A DNA stretch of 64,000 nt from the NCBI GenBank assembly GCA_034422115.1, contig DAOUJW010000005.1:64292-128291 (forward strand), written 5' to 3'. Below the pieces are notes generated by a model, which ran no database searches, was not told the DNA's origin, and saw nothing but the letters and a program-made list of their open reading frames with translations. The stretch is from Dehalococcoidia bacterium (GTDB taxonomy: Bacteria > Chloroflexota > Dehalococcoidia > Lucifugimonadales > UBA2985). The position numbers and the translations under genes were made by a program. The number at the start of each line of letters is the position of its first letter. Position 1 is the stretch's first letter. Shown in pieces: positions 1 to 9,790 of the stretch.

Positions 1-13
1 TAATTCCACCCTT

Positions 14-154
14 TTCCCGCTCATGGTGAGGCTCTCGAACCATGGGCGGATATACCACGGTCGTTGATATTCCGCTCGCCCTTCGACAGGCTCAGGACGA
101 GCGGATAATCTCTCCCCCGCTCGTGGTGAGCCTGTCGAACCATTCGAGCGGGGC
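14..154. repeat. Cluster of three REP-like hairpin units (family A); left copy of a 141-bp direct repeat bracketing the methyltransferase-HNH gene
   Basis: Units at 17-49, 72-104 and 117-151 have the form CCGCTC[AG] / short stem / GAGCYTGTCGA (or its complement) / stem / [CT]GAGCGG. Region 14-154 aligns position-for-position with 1700-1840, with about 11 mismatches counted by eye. Confidence 0.85.
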
Positions 155-224
155 TTTCCTGCCGCAAAACAACCCGTACCTCCAAGTGGTAGAATTACGT
201 CACATTCCAACCCAGGGGAAGCAC

Positions 225-1592
225 ATGACAGAACCCAACTTCAAGAACCGCACGCTGTGGACGGGCGACAACCTGGACATCATGCGCGGCCTCAACTCCG
301 AGTCCGTAGACCTCATCTACCTGGACCCGCCCTTCAACTCCAACCGCGACTACTCCGCGCCCATTGGCTCCGAGGCGGCCGGCGCAGCCTTCAAGGACAC
401 CTGGACCCTCAACGACGTAGACCTTGCGTGGCACGGGCTGATTGCGGAGGAGCACCCGGGGCTGTACGGCATAATCGACGCCGCGGGCGTTGCCCAGGGC
501 AAGGGCATGAAGTCATACCTGATAATGATGGCCGTCCGCCTTCTGGAGATGAGGCGGATTCTGAAGCCGACCGGCTCCATCTACCTACACTGCGACCCCA
601 CGGCCAGCCACTACCTGAAGCTGACTATGGACAGCGTTTTCGGGTCGGGGAACTTCCGCAGTGAGATCACCTGGAAGCGCACCAACGCCAAGGGCCTGGC
701 CTTCAAGGGCTATCCCAACAACGCCGACATCCTGCTGTACTACAGCAAGACGGATGATTTCACCTGGAAGCGTCCTTTCCGGCCCCACGACCAGGCCTAC
801 GTGGACAAGTTCTACAAGAACATTGAGCCGGAGACGGGCAGACGCTACATGCTTGATAACTTGGTGAACCCGAACCACGACCGCCCCAACCTGACCTACG
901 AGTTCCTTGGCGTCACCAGGGTGTGGCGCTGGACCCGGGAGCGGATGCAGTCGGCCTATGACCAGGGTTTGGTAGTCCAGCAGCGTCCCGGGGCGGTGCC
1001 AAGGCTAAAGAGGTATCTGGACGAGATGCAAGGCAATCCCGTGGACACCATCTGGGACGACATCAAGCCCGTTCAGCCGCGCTCTGCGGAGCGCGTGGGC
1101 TACCCAACCCAGAAGCCTATTGCCCTGCTGGAGCGCATAATCAGCGCCTCCTCAAACCCCGGCGACGTCGTCCTGGACCCCTTCTGCGGCTGCGCCACCG
1201 CGCTGATAGCCGCGGAGAAGCTGGAGCGCCAGTGGGTAGGCATAGACCTGTCGCCGGTGGCTAGGACCCTGGTGCAGCGTCGGATGGCAAATGAGCTTGG
1301 GTTTGACAGCCTTGGGGTAATCTACCGGGAGGACGTGCCAAGGCGGACGGATGTTGAGAAGCCGCCGCCCTACCGGACGCAGAAGCACACCCTCTACGGA
1401 ATGCAGGAGGGCGTATGCGCCGGGTGCGAGGTGCTGTTCCCATTCAGGAACTTCACCGTTGACCACGTTGTGCCCAGGGCCCGGGGCGGCACAGATCACC
1501 TGGAGAACCTGCAGCTTCTCTGCAACGCCTGCAACTCCCTGAAGGGCACAAAGTCGCAGGCGGAGTTCCTGGCCGCGCTGCGGAGCAGGTAG
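225..1592 (+). CDS. DNA methyltransferase (N6-adenine/N4-cytosine type, beta-class motif order) fused to a C-terminal HNH endonuclease domain
   Basis: ORF 42..1592. The first 61 codons read through repeat units, so the ATG at 225 (MTEPNFKNRTLW) is preferred. Motif IV (DPPFNS) precedes motif I (VLDPFCGCATALIAA). The C-terminus CAGCE...VDHVVPRARGGTDHLENLQLLCNACNSLKG is an HNH signature. Confidence 0.85.
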   Translation: MTEPNFKNRTLWTGDNLDIMRGLNSESVDLIYLDPPFNSNRDYSAPIGSEAAGAAFKDTWTLNDVDLAWHGLIAEEHPGLYGIIDAAGVAQGKGMKSYLIMMAVRLLEMRRILKPTGSIYLHCDPTASHYLKLTMDSVFGSGNFRSEITWKRTNAKGLAFKGYPNNADILLYYSKTDDFTWKRPFRPHDQAYVDKFYKNIEPETGRRYMLDNLVNPNHDRPNLTYEFLGVTRVWRWTRERMQSAYDQGLVVQQRPGAVPRLKRYLDEMQGNPVDTIWDDIKPVQPRSAERVGYPTQKPIALLERIISASSNPGDVVLDPFCGCATALIAAEKLERQWVGIDLSPVARTLVQRRMANELGFDSLGVIYREDVPRRTDVEKPPPYRTQKHTLYGMQEGVCAGCEVLFPFRNFTVDHVVPRARGGTDHLENLQLLCNACNSLKGTKSQAEFLAALRSR

Positions 1593-1601
1593 GGGCGCAC
1601 C

Positions 1602-1667
1602 GTCACTCCCGAGGAGTCGGGAGTCCACTCCCCACCCCTCCTGGATGTCCGTCTGCACGGGCATGAC
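1602..1667 (+). repeat. Family B two-hairpin repeat (diverged copy)
   Basis: gtcaCTCCCGAggagTCGGGAGtccac...cccctcctggATGTCCGTctgcACGGGCATgacg. It has the same architecture as the copies at 28898, 53898 and 58328. Confidence 0.7.
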
Positions 1668-1673
1668 GAAGGC

Positions 1674-1840
1674 CCGCTCGTGGTGAGCCTGTCGCGTCCT
1701 TCCCGCTCATGGTGAGGCTCTCGAACCATGGGCGGATATACTACAGTCGTTGATAGTCCGCTCACCCTTCGACACGCTCAGGACGAGCGGACTATTACCC
1801 ACCCGCTCGTGGTGAGCCTGTCGAACCATTCGAGCGGGGC
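1674..1840. repeat. Family A repeat cluster (one partial plus three full units); 1700-1840 is the right copy of the 141-bp direct repeat
   Basis: Partial unit at 1674-1694; full units at 1703-1735, 1768-1790 and 1803-1837. It is collinear with 14-154. Confidence 0.85.
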
Positions 1841-1948
1841 ATGACAAGGGCAACGCGCCCCCTCAACACCTTGACTTGGAAGCGCACGGGATAAGATACT
1901 TAACTAAATGAAGTATTTGCTTGACCAAAGAGAGGCACTCACTGCGCC

Positions 1949-2170
1949 ATGCAGCTTTCACTTAAAGATTTCGCCTTCGTCTTTCTCGTAGCCAGTTGGA
2001 CAATTGCCATCTGCAACTGGACGGGCTGCTCGTCATTCAGCCCTGACAAGTACGCAGTGTGGGAATACCCCGTCCTGCTCTCACGCATCGTCGTGATTGG
2101 CTCAGCGCTCTTTGCCGTTGGGTACGCTATTGTCAAGGTTCGCGGGTTCATGGGCGTTTCCAGAAGTTAA
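1949..2170 (+). CDS. Hypothetical small membrane protein
   Basis: 73-aa ORF with two hydrophobic stretches in an AT-richer segment (about 1860-2240). No recognisable family. Confidence 0.3.
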   Translation: MQLSLKDFAFVFLVASWTIAICNWTGCSSFSPDKYAVWEYPVLLSRIVVIGSALFAVGYAIVKVRGFMGVSRS

Positions 2171-2242
2171 ATCGATAGCTCCCTGACTTATGGGCATACG
2201 AAATCGCCGGCGTCCAGGCGCCGGGCATCAGGAGAGGTAGAT

Positions 2243-3106
2243 ATGTTTGATACAATCAAGCGGAGCTTCAGGCTGGTAAAGCTCTGTCTCCACGTTCTGG
2301 CAGTCGATAAGGAGCTGATCTTCTTTCCCATCTTCTCCTCCATAGGCGTGATCCTTGTCATGCTGACGTTCCTGGGCGTGGGGATAGGGATAGGCGCGCT
2401 GGACAGGCTCAACGCCGGGACGGTCGGCGGCGGCGACCTTGTCGTGGCCTTTGGCTTCTACGTCCTCTCCTACTTCGTCATCATCTTCTTCAACAGCGCG
2501 CTGGTGTACGCCGCCCACGAGCGGCTGGCCGGCGGCGACCCCAACATCCGCTCCGGGCTGAACGGGGCCATGCAGTCCGTTGTGACCATATTCATGTGGT
2601 CCGTCATCGCCGCAACCGTGGGGCTGATTCTGCAGATACTCTCCAGCCAGGCGCGGCAGCGGGGCGGCATTGTGGGCATGATTGCCTACTTCATCGTCTC
2701 CATGCTTGGCGCGGCGTGGTCCCTCATCACCTACTTCATTGTGCCTCTGATAGTCATTGAGCACCGCTCCCTGGGCGACTCCTTCAAGACGTCCCTCTCA
2801 ATGCTGCGCCGCACCTGGGGCGAGCAGATAGTCGCCAACTTTGGCCTCGGCATTGCGTCGCTCCTGTTCTACCTGGCCGCCGCCGCGATCATCGCTGTGC
2901 TGCTCTTCGTCCTGTCGCCCCTTGGCGGCTTCGGTGTCTTCACGGCCATAGCCATCGGCGTCGTGCTCATCGTCGGCATCTCCCTGGTGTTCGCCACGCT
3001 GAACGGCATCTACAAGGCGGCCCTGTACAACTACGCCGTGGACGGCATGGTGCCCAGCCTCTTCCCGGACGACGTAATTCGCGGCGCGTTCCGCCCTGAA
3101 CGATGA
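2243..3106 (+). CDS. Multi-pass integral membrane protein of unknown function (DUF6159-like, from memory)
   Basis: 287 aa with several long hydrophobic segments. AGGAGAGG lies upstream of the ATG. Its stop overlaps the next start (ATGA), suggesting an operon. Confidence 0.7.
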   Translation: MFDTIKRSFRLVKLCLHVLAVDKELIFFPIFSSIGVILVMLTFLGVGIGIGALDRLNAGTVGGGDLVVAFGFYVLSYFVIIFFNSALVYAAHERLAGGDPNIRSGLNGAMQSVVTIFMWSVIAATVGLILQILSSQARQRGGIVGMIAYFIVSMLGAAWSLITYFIVPLIVIEHRSLGDSFKTSLSMLRRTWGEQIVANFGLGIASLLFYLAAAAIIAVLLFVLSPLGGFGVFTAIAIGVVLIVGISLVFATLNGIYKAALYNYAVDGMVPSLFPDDVIRGAFRPER

Positions 3107-3771
3107 CGAAGCGCAGCAAGCTCGCCCTCCTTATCGACTTCGACGGCACGGTGACCGAGCGCGACATGGGCGTTCAGCTGCTGGAGGCCTTTGCCCTGGA
3201 GGACTGGAAACGCTTTGAGCCGATGCGCGAGGCGGGGCTGATTGTGGGCAAGGAGTGCCTGGCCAGCGAGTTCGGCTGTCTGCCCAGCGACCGCGAGGAG
3301 GAGATGGCCCGCTTCGTCCAGGAGAAGGCCGTCATAAGGCCCGGCTTTGAGGAGCTTGTCCGGCGCTGCAAGGAGGACGGCATTCCCCTCAAGATTTCCT
3401 CCAGCGGGCTGGGCTTCTACATACGCTCCGTTCTGGCGGCCCGCGGCCTCTCGGACGTGCCCGTGTTCAGCAGCCGCGCCAACTTCGGCGTCGGCGACAG
3501 GGTGAATGTGGAGTACAACGACTGCCCGGTCATCTGCGATTCCGTGGGTGCTTGCAAGTGCTTTCATGCGCTTAAGTATGCTGACGAGGGCTACAGGGTG
3601 GCGCTGGTGGGCGACGGCTTCTCCGACACCTGCGTCGCCGCCAAGGCCGACTACGTCTTCGCCTGCCGCAGGCTCCGCGCCCACTGCGAGGCAGAGGGCA
3701 TCCCATTCTTCCCCTTCAATGACTTCCACGACGTAATCGCCAGACTGCCGGAGCTACTCAACCAGTCCTGA
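3103..3771 (+). CDS. HAD-superfamily phosphatase (HAD-IB / MtnX-like)
   Basis: N-terminal LIDFDGTVTERD (DxDxT motif I) and late VGDGFSD motif; 222 aa. Confidence 0.7.
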   Translation: MTKRSKLALLIDFDGTVTERDMGVQLLEAFALEDWKRFEPMREAGLIVGKECLASEFGCLPSDREEEMARFVQEKAVIRPGFEELVRRCKEDGIPLKISSSGLGFYIRSVLAARGLSDVPVFSSRANFGVGDRVNVEYNDCPVICDSVGACKCFHALKYADEGYRVALVGDGFSDTCVAAKADYVFACRRLRAHCEAEGIPFFPFNDFHDVIARLPELLNQS

Positions 3772-3789
3772 GCGAGTCTAGGAAGGCAC

Positions 3790-3855
3790 CCCCCATCCCA
3801 ACCTTCCCCCGCACTGCGGGGGAAGGTACTTTCTCTCCCCCTTTCAGGGGGAGAG
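3790..3855. repeat. Family C repeat: two adjacent GC-rich hairpins
   Basis: CCTTCCCCCgcactgcGGGGGAAGG (3802-3826) and CTCTCCCCctttcaGGGGGAGAG (3833-3855). The leader cccccatcccaaccttccccc recurs at 43130-43165. Confidence 0.6.
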
Positions 3856-3880
3856 TCAGAGAGGGGGTATATCCTCACCC

Positions 3881-4693
3881 CTACTTCAGCCGCAGCCACA
3901 TCCGATACAGCTCCCTGCGAGACACCCCCGTCTCCACGGCAACCACCTCCCTCGCCTCCCTGCCGGACACGCCCCGGGCCAGCAGAGAGCGCAGCATCTC
4001 CTCCGCGTCCTCAGATGAGGGCGTATCATCCGACGGCTCCCAGCCCACCACCAGCGTGAACTCCCCTCGCGGCCGTTCGAAGTGCCCCAGAGCTTCGGAC
4101 ACGGTGCCGCGAAAGACCTCCTCGTGGAGCTTGGTGGCCTCACGTAACACGGTGATGGGCCGGTCTCCGAGGACCTCTCTCACGTCGGCCAGTGAGCGCT
4201 GTATGCGGTGAGGCGCCTCAAAGATGACCAGGGTGAAGGGCATGGCGGCCACCGACCGCAGCAGCGCCTGCCTCTCGCCTTTAGCGCGTGGCAGGAAGCC
4301 CAGGAACAGGAAGCGATCGGCGGGAATGCCGGAGACGGCCAGGGCCGCGGCCACCGCGGATGGCCCGGGGACAGAGACCACCGGGAAGCCCGCGGCCGAT
4401 GCCGCCGCGACCAGCTCAAGGCCGGGATCGCTTATGCCGGGCGTCCCTGCCTCCGAGACCAGGGCCACGTCCCCCTGCTCCAACGCCTGGAGTATCTGGG
4501 GCAGCTTCTGGCCCTTGTTGTGGTCGTAGTAGCTGGTTAGGGGCGTGTGGATGTCGTAGTGGGACAGCAGCTTGCGGGTGGTGCGGGTGTCCTCGGCGGC
4601 TATGAGGCTCACCTTCCCCAGGACGCGCAGACCCCTGAGGGTCATGTCCTCCAGGTTGCCTATGGGAGTAGCCACAACGTACAGGGTTGGCAT
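3881..4693 (-). CDS. rsmI: 16S rRNA (cytidine1402-2'-O)-methyltransferase
   Basis: MPTLYVVATPIGNLEDMTLRGLRVL...IAAEDTRTTRKLL is the typical RsmI N-terminus; 270 aa. Confidence 0.9.
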   Translation of the reverse strand: MPTLYVVATPIGNLEDMTLRGLRVLGKVSLIAAEDTRTTRKLLSHYDIHTPLTSYYDHNKGQKLPQILQALEQGDVALVSEAGTPGISDPGLELVAAASAAGFPVVSVPGPSAVAAALAVSGIPADRFLFLGFLPRAKGERQALLRSVAAMPFTLVIFEAPHRIQRSLADVREVLGDRPITVLREATKLHEEVFRGTVSEALGHFERPRGEFTLVVGWEPSDDTPSSEDAEEMLRSLLARGVSGREAREVVAVETGVSRRELYRMWLRLK

Positions 4694-4799
4694 TGGGTCA
4701 GGGGCCTCCGTCTCAAGTCAGGTGCTGGCGCGTATCCGCGCCAACAGAGTATACCAAGTCACTCAACACCCCGGTTAACAGACGCGATCTCTTTCTCTC

Positions 4800-4882
4800 C
4801 CGCTCACCCTGAGCCTGTCGAAGGGAGTGAGCGGGATATTCGGTTCCCCGCTCAAATGGTTCGACAAGCTCACCATGAGCGG
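4800..4882. repeat. Family A repeat pair (forward unit plus reverse unit)
   Basis: CCGCTCAccctGAGCCTGTCGAagggagTGAGCGG (4800-4834) and CCGCTCAaatggTTCGACAAGCTCaccaTGAGCGG (4848-4882). Confidence 0.85.
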
Positions 4883-4988
4883 GACATTGGGCCGTTGGCT
4901 CATTTCCACCCCGCCTACGCTCTTGAATGCAAGATGCTATACTGGAATCAGGCCCCCCTGACCTATCCACACACCAACGCCCACTCAC

Positions 4989-5282
4989 ATGAACATCGGA
5001 GTTTGCCGCATAGAGCTGGATCTGCCCGCCAGCCACTCGCTGAAGGACAAGCGCAAGGTGGTGCGCTCAATCGTCGACAGGGTGCGCAGCCGGTTCAACG
5101 TCGCCATCGCAGAAGTCGACAACACCGAAAGCTGGAAGACCGCCACCCTGGGCGTGACCTGCGTCAGCAACGACGGCCGCCACGCCAACGAGATGCTCTC
5201 CAAAGTGGTGCAGTTCATCGAGGGGTGCCGGGAAGAGGCCGTTCTATCGAACTACGACGTAGAGATGCTCACCGGGATGTAG
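4989..5282 (+). CDS. DUF503 family protein (YlxP-like)
   Basis: 97 aa; MNIGVCRIELDLPASHSLKDKRKVVRSIVDRVRSRFNVAIAEV is typical of DUF503. Confidence 0.8.
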   Translation: MNIGVCRIELDLPASHSLKDKRKVVRSIVDRVRSRFNVAIAEVDNTESWKTATLGVTCVSNDGRHANEMLSKVVQFIEGCREEAVLSNYDVEMLTGM

Positions 5283-5293
5283 GGTAGGCCTGC

Positions 5294-7126
5294 CTACCGC
5301 TCGATCTTGAGCAGGGCCAGGAACGCCTCCTGGGGGATGTCCACGTTGCCCACCCGCTTCATCCGCTTCTTGCCCTCCGCCTGCTTCTCCAGCAGCTTCC
5401 TCTTGCGGGTCACGTCGCCGCCGTAGCACTTCGCCAGCACGTTCTTCCTCAGCGCGCTTATGGTCTCCCGCGCGATGATGCGGTTCCCTATCGCCGCCTG
5501 TATGGGCACCTCAAACAGCTGGCGGGGTATCAGCGTCTTCAGCTTCTCCACCAGCGACTTGCCCTGGTAGTAGGCCTTGTCGCGATGCGTTATGAGCGAC
5601 AGCGCGTCGACGGGCTGGTTGTTGACCAGCAGGTCCAGCTTGACCAAGGGCGCAGCCCGATACCCGGTCAGGGAGTAGTCCATTGAGGCGTACCCCTGAG
5701 TGCGCGACTTGAGGTGATCGTAGAAGTCGACCAGCACCTCGGCCAGGGGCACCTGGTACTCCAGCAGCGCCCGCGCCTCCGACGACTGGCTGCTCTGTTC
5801 GCCCTCTGACACCGCGCCCTGCAGGTACTCCATCCGCGTGAACTCCCCGCGACGGGCCGAGACCAGCTCCATAACCGTGCCAATGTGCCTTGCGGGGGTC
5901 ACGATGCTCAGGGAGAGCAGCGGCTCCCGCATCTCCACGATGCGCTGGGCCGCCGGCAGCTTCGCAGGGCTCTCCACCTCAAGCTCCGTACCGTCGTCCA
6001 GCACGGTCTGATACGCAACGCCCGGCGCCGTCACCAGCAGGTTCAGGCCGTACTCCCTCTCAAGCCGCTCCTGTACAACCTCCATGTGAAGCAGACCCAG
6101 GAACCCGCACCTGAACCCGAAGCCCAGGGCCGCGCTGGTCTCAGGCTCATAGCTCAGGGCGGCGTCGCTCAGTTGCAGCTTCTCCAGGGCGACGCGCAGC
6201 GCCAGGTAGTCCTCGCCCTCCGCAGGATAGAGGCCGGCGAAGACCATGGGTTTCAGTGCCTGGTAGCCCGGCAGAGGCTCGGCGGTGGGCTTCCTGGCCA
6301 GGGTGATGGTGTCCCCAACCCGGCACTCCCGCACGTTCTTCAAACCGGTGGCAATATACCCCACCTCTCCCGCGTAAAGGCTCTGCACCTGGGTCAGCTG
6401 CGGGTGGAACACCCCCACCTCCAGCACGTCGCCAACGGAGCCGGTGGACATCATCACCACCTCGGTGGCTTTGCTGATGGAGCCTCCGAACAGGCGCACG
6501 TAGGCCACCACGCCCTTGTATGGGTCGTAGGCGGAGTCGAAAATCAGCGCCTTCAGAGAATCGGAGTGGCTCTTGGGAGGCGGCACCCGCTCCAAGATGG
6601 TCTCCAGAAGCTCGCCGACGCCCCGGCCGTCCTTGGCGGAGACGAATATCATCTCCTCCTCCATAAACCCGAAGGCCTGCTGAAGCTCCTCGGACACCGC
6701 CTGGGGATGGGCCACAGGCAGGTCGATCTTGTTGATCACGGGGATGATGGTCAGGTCATGCTCCAGGGCCAGGTACACGTTGGCCAGGGTCTGCGCCTGT
6801 ATGCCCTGGGTGGCGTCAACCACCAGGAGCGCGCCTTCGCAGGCGGCCAGGGCCCGGGACACCTCGTAGCCGAAGTCCACGTGACCGGGCGTATCGATGA
6901 GGTTGAGCTGGTAGTCGCCGTCCCCGTTGGCGTAGGTCATCCGCACGGCCTTGCCCTTAATGGTAATGCCGCGCTCACGCTCCAGGTCCATCTGGTCCAT
7001 GAACTGCTCCTGCATCTCGCGGGAGCTAACGGCGCCCGTAAGCTCCAGGATGCGGTCAGCCAGGGTGGACTTGCCGTGGTCTATGTGGGCGATGATGCAG
7101 AAGTTGCGAATTCGGCTGGCGTCCAT
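5294..7126 (-). CDS. lepA: Translation elongation factor 4
   Basis: 610 aa; [30 protein letters not shown] and NKIDL GTPase motifs, plus the LepA C-terminal region. Confidence 0.97.
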   Translation of the reverse strand: MDASRIRNFCIIAHIDHGKSTLADRILELTGAVSSREMQEQFMDQMDLERERGITIKGKAVRMTYANGDGDYQLNLIDTPGHVDFGYEVSRALAACEGALLVVDATQGIQAQTLANVYLALEHDLTIIPVINKIDLPVAHPQAVSEELQQAFGFMEEEMIFVSAKDGRGVGELLETILERVPPPKSHSDSLKALIFDSAYDPYKGVVAYVRLFGGSISKATEVVMMSTGSVGDVLEVGVFHPQLTQVQSLYAGEVGYIATGLKNVRECRVGDTITLARKPTAEPLPGYQALKPMVFAGLYPAEGEDYLALRVALEKLQLSDAALSYEPETSAALGFGFRCGFLGLLHMEVVQERLEREYGLNLLVTAPGVAYQTVLDDGTELEVESPAKLPAAQRIVEMREPLLSLSIVTPARHIGTVMELVSARRGEFTRMEYLQGAVSEGEQSSQSSEARALLEYQVPLAEVLVDFYDHLKSRTQGYASMDYSLTGYRAAPLVKLDLLVNNQPVDALSLITHRDKAYYQGKSLVEKLKTLIPRQLFEVPIQAAIGNRIIARETISALRKNVLAKCYGGDVTRKRKLLEKQAEGKKRMKRVGNVDIPQEAFLALLKIER

Positions 7127-7191
7127 ATCAAGGCCATAGTAGCATAGGGATAGTATACCCTCAAGGCGGCCCGCCCTTACAAGAGATGCAA

Positions 7192-7219
7192 GTAGGGGCG
7201 GTTCGCGAACCGCCCCTAC
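7192..7219. terminator. 28-nt perfect palindrome (family D), probable terminator of the ABC ATPase operon
   Basis: GTAGGGGCGGTTCGCGAACCGCCCCTAC lies 30 nt downstream of the stop at 7249. An identical copy is at 43095-43122. Confidence 0.6.
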
Positions 7220-7248
7220 TCTGACCTCTATAGTCTTAAGGCGTGCGC

Positions 7249-8283
7249 TTACACGCGGATGCAGGAGACCCAGTGCTCCGGCGACACCTCACGAAGCTCC
7301 GGCACGCCGCGCTCGTTGGTGAGGCCTGCCGATTCAACGCCCATGCAATCGTCTATGGCGATGGGGCACCGGGGGTGGAACACACACCCGGCTGGTGGCC
7401 GCAGCGGGCTTGGCACGTCGCCCGTCAGCACGATGCGCTCCCGGGTCGCCTCCACAACGGGGTCGGGAATGGGCACGGCGGAGAGAAGCGCCTTGGTGTA
7501 GGGGTGCAACGGGTTCTCGTACAACTCGTACCTGTCGGCGATCTCGGCAATCTTGCCAAGGTACATCACCACGATCCGGTCGCTGATGTGCCGCACGACT
7601 GAGAGGTCGTGGGCCACAAAGAGGTACGTCAGGTCAAACTCCTGCTGCAACTCCTCCAGGAGGTTGATGAGCTGGGCCTGAATGGACACGTCCAAGGCGG
7701 ACACCGGCTCGTCGCAGGCGATGAAGCTGGGCCTCACGGCAAGGGCCCGGGCCACTCCGATTCGCTGCCTCTGGCCTCCGCTGAACTCGTGGGGGAACCT
7801 GGCCGCCATGTGGGGGTTCAGGCCCACAACGCTGAGAAGCTCCGCAACCTGATCCCTGTACTCGTTGCGGCTTCTGGTGATCTTGTGCACCACCAGCGGC
7901 TCGCCGATGATGTTTCCGGCGTTCATCCTGGGGTTCAGGGAGCCGTAGGGGTCCTGGAAGATCATCTGCATCTTGCGGCGGGCCTGTCGCAGCTCCCTGC
8001 CCTTCAGCTCTGACAGGTTCTGCCCCTCGAACATGACCTGTCCGGAGGTGGGCTGGTATACCTGGCCCAGGTGCAGGATGGTGCGGGCGGCGGTGGTCTT
8101 TCCGCAGCCGCTCTCACCCACCATACCCAGGGTCTCACCCCTGCGGATGAAGAAGCTGATGTCGTCCACCGCCTTAACGTCGGCAACGTGCCTCTGGAAT
8201 ACTATGCCCCTGGTTACGGGGAAGTATTTGACCAGGTTCTTGACGTCCAGAAGAATCTCACCCTCTTGCTTTTGCTCTGTCAT
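7249..8283 (-). CDS. Oligopeptide/dipeptide ABC transporter ATP-binding protein (OppF/DppF-like)
   Basis: Walker [10 protein letters not shown], signature FSGGQRQR and Walker B FIACDEP. The start MTEQKQEG at 8283 is preferred because it overlaps the upstream stop (TAATG). Confidence 0.9.
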   Translation of the reverse strand: MTEQKQEGEILLDVKNLVKYFPVTRGIVFQRHVADVKAVDDISFFIRRGETLGMVGESGCGKTTAARTILHLGQVYQPTSGQVMFEGQNLSELKGRELRQARRKMQMIFQDPYGSLNPRMNAGNIIGEPLVVHKITRSRNEYRDQVAELLSVVGLNPHMAARFPHEFSGGQRQRIGVARALAVRPSFIACDEPVSALDVSIQAQLINLLEELQQEFDLTYLFVAHDLSVVRHISDRIVVMYLGKIAEIADRYELYENPLHPYTKALLSAVPIPDPVVEATRERIVLTGDVPSPLRPPAGCVFHPRCPIAIDDCMGVESAGLTNERGVPELREVSPEHWVSCIRV

Positions 8284-9272
8284 TACCTTCTCTCCCCGAT
8301 ACCGAGTTGGTCTGAAACCCAACATGCCGCCGTGTGGCCCTCGGCCACCTCTCGCAGCGGCGGGTACTCCACGGCGCACCTGTCTATAGCGTATCTGCAT
8401 CGAGGCCTGAATGAGCAACCCGCCGGCAGTCCAATGAGGTCCGGCGGGGACCCCTCAATCGGGTCAAGCTGCTCCTTGCGGGGCTCGTCCAGCCGCGGCA
8501 CCGAGTTCAGCAGGCCGATGGTGTAGGGGTGCCGCGGGTTGGTGTATATCTCCCGGGCGGTGCCCCTCTCGATGATCTTGCCGGCGTACATAACGTTCAC
8601 GCGGTCGGCGTATCGGGCCACCACCCCCAGGTTGTGAGTGATGATAAGCACTGCGGTCCCCGTCTCCCGCCCCAGCCTCCTGACCAGCTCCAGTATCTGG
8701 GCTTGAATGGTCACGTCCAGAGCCGTGGTCGGCTCGTCGGCTATGAGCATTTTGGGGTCGCAGCTGAGGGCCATTGCAATCATAACCCTCTGGCGCATAC
8801 CGCCGCTGAACTGGTGGGGATAGTCCCTGAGACGTCCCCTGCCCTCCGGTATGCCCACCATCTCAAGAAGGTCGCCGGCCCGGTCGTTGGCAGCGGCCTG
8901 ATCCAAACCAAGGTGCAGCATCAGGGCTTCCGTAAGCTGCTTGCCTATGGTGAGCACGGGGTTCAGCGATGTCATGGGCTCCTGGAAGATCATCGCCATG
9001 TCCTTGCCCCGAATGCGCCTCATCTCTGAGTCGTCCAGGGCCAGCAGGTCCTGGCCGTTGAAGTTGACCTCGCCGGCAACGGTCCTGCCGGGCCTCTGGA
9101 TGAGACGCATAATGGAAAGGGCGCTGACGCTCTTCCCGCAGCCGCTCTCACCCACCAGCCCCAGGGTCTCCCCCTCCTCCAGGTCATAGGTGATGTTGTC
9201 TACTGCTTTTACCACTCCTTCAGGAGTGAAGAAGTAGGTCGATAGGTCCTTTACCTCCAGCAGATTGGCCAC
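8283..9272 (-). CDS. Oligopeptide/dipeptide ABC transporter ATP-binding protein (OppD/DppD-like)
   Basis: [16 protein letters not shown] and [11 protein letters not shown] motifs; 329 aa. Confidence 0.9.
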   Translation of the reverse strand: MANLLEVKDLSTYFFTPEGVVKAVDNITYDLEEGETLGLVGESGCGKSVSALSIMRLIQRPGRTVAGEVNFNGQDLLALDDSEMRRIRGKDMAMIFQEPMTSLNPVLTIGKQLTEALMLHLGLDQAAANDRAGDLLEMVGIPEGRGRLRDYPHQFSGGMRQRVMIAMALSCDPKMLIADEPTTALDVTIQAQILELVRRLGRETGTAVLIITHNLGVVARYADRVNVMYAGKIIERGTAREIYTNPRHPYTIGLLNSVPRLDEPRKEQLDPIEGSPPDLIGLPAGCSFRPRCRYAIDRCAVEYPPLREVAEGHTAACWVSDQLGIGERR

Positions 9273-9388
9273 TATTCCCTCCTGATTTACCGTGAATCTT
9301 TATCCCCTTATTCACAGTAACCTTGAGTTGTGAGATCCCCTATGTCTACCCTCTGTATCTCCTGGCAGGAGTCCTAATCCCTTGCTCC

Positions 9389-9470
9389 TGGGGAAGAGGA
9401 GACTCGAACTCCTACGCCCTTAGGCACATGATCCTAAGTCATGCTCGTCTGCCAATTCCGACACTTCCCC
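9389..9470 (-). tRNA. tRNA-Leu (anticodon TAG)
   Basis: Reverse complement: GGGGAAGTGTCGGAATTGGCAGACGAGCATGACTTAGGATCATGTGCCTAAGGGCGTAGGAGTTCGAGTCTCCTCTTCCCCA. It has a 7-bp acceptor stem, anticodon loop CTTAGGA, a long variable arm and the GTTCGAGTC T-loop. Confidence 0.9.
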
Positions 9471-9483
9471 ACCTATCCGGCTC

Positions 9484-9556
<73 letters not shown>

Positions 9557-9790
9557 TAACTTGTGTCTCGTGGAAACCACGAAATTATCGGCGAATTTAT
9601 CACGGAATGCACTATCTGTCAAGCATTTCCACGTTGGGCGGATAGTTTAGCTGCCCTCTATCCCGTGTGCAAGCGGGTTTCCATCATACGCTACTAGCCT
9701 CCTGATTACGAAAACGTATGAATGAAGGTTTGGTTGACCTGCAATCCAGAGAAGCAGGAATCAAGGATTGGTGAAAGCCGCGCTCGCGTA

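Noticed and set aside
42-224. N-terminal extensions of ORFs that read through repeat units: 42-224 for the methyltransferase, 41204-41350 for the MFS gene, 35832-36044 for hicA
   Set aside because: The extensions translate repeat or tRNA sequence (peptides such as PLVVSLSNH, RQAQDER, FLRQAQDER). Internal ATGs give proteins that start where homologues start.
5885-7147. 420-aa ORF on the + strand opposite lepA
   Set aside because: It is entirely antisense to a highly conserved gene. Its composition is dominated by R, G, H, L and Q, as expected for shadow ORFs in high-GC DNA, and it has no recognisable motifs.
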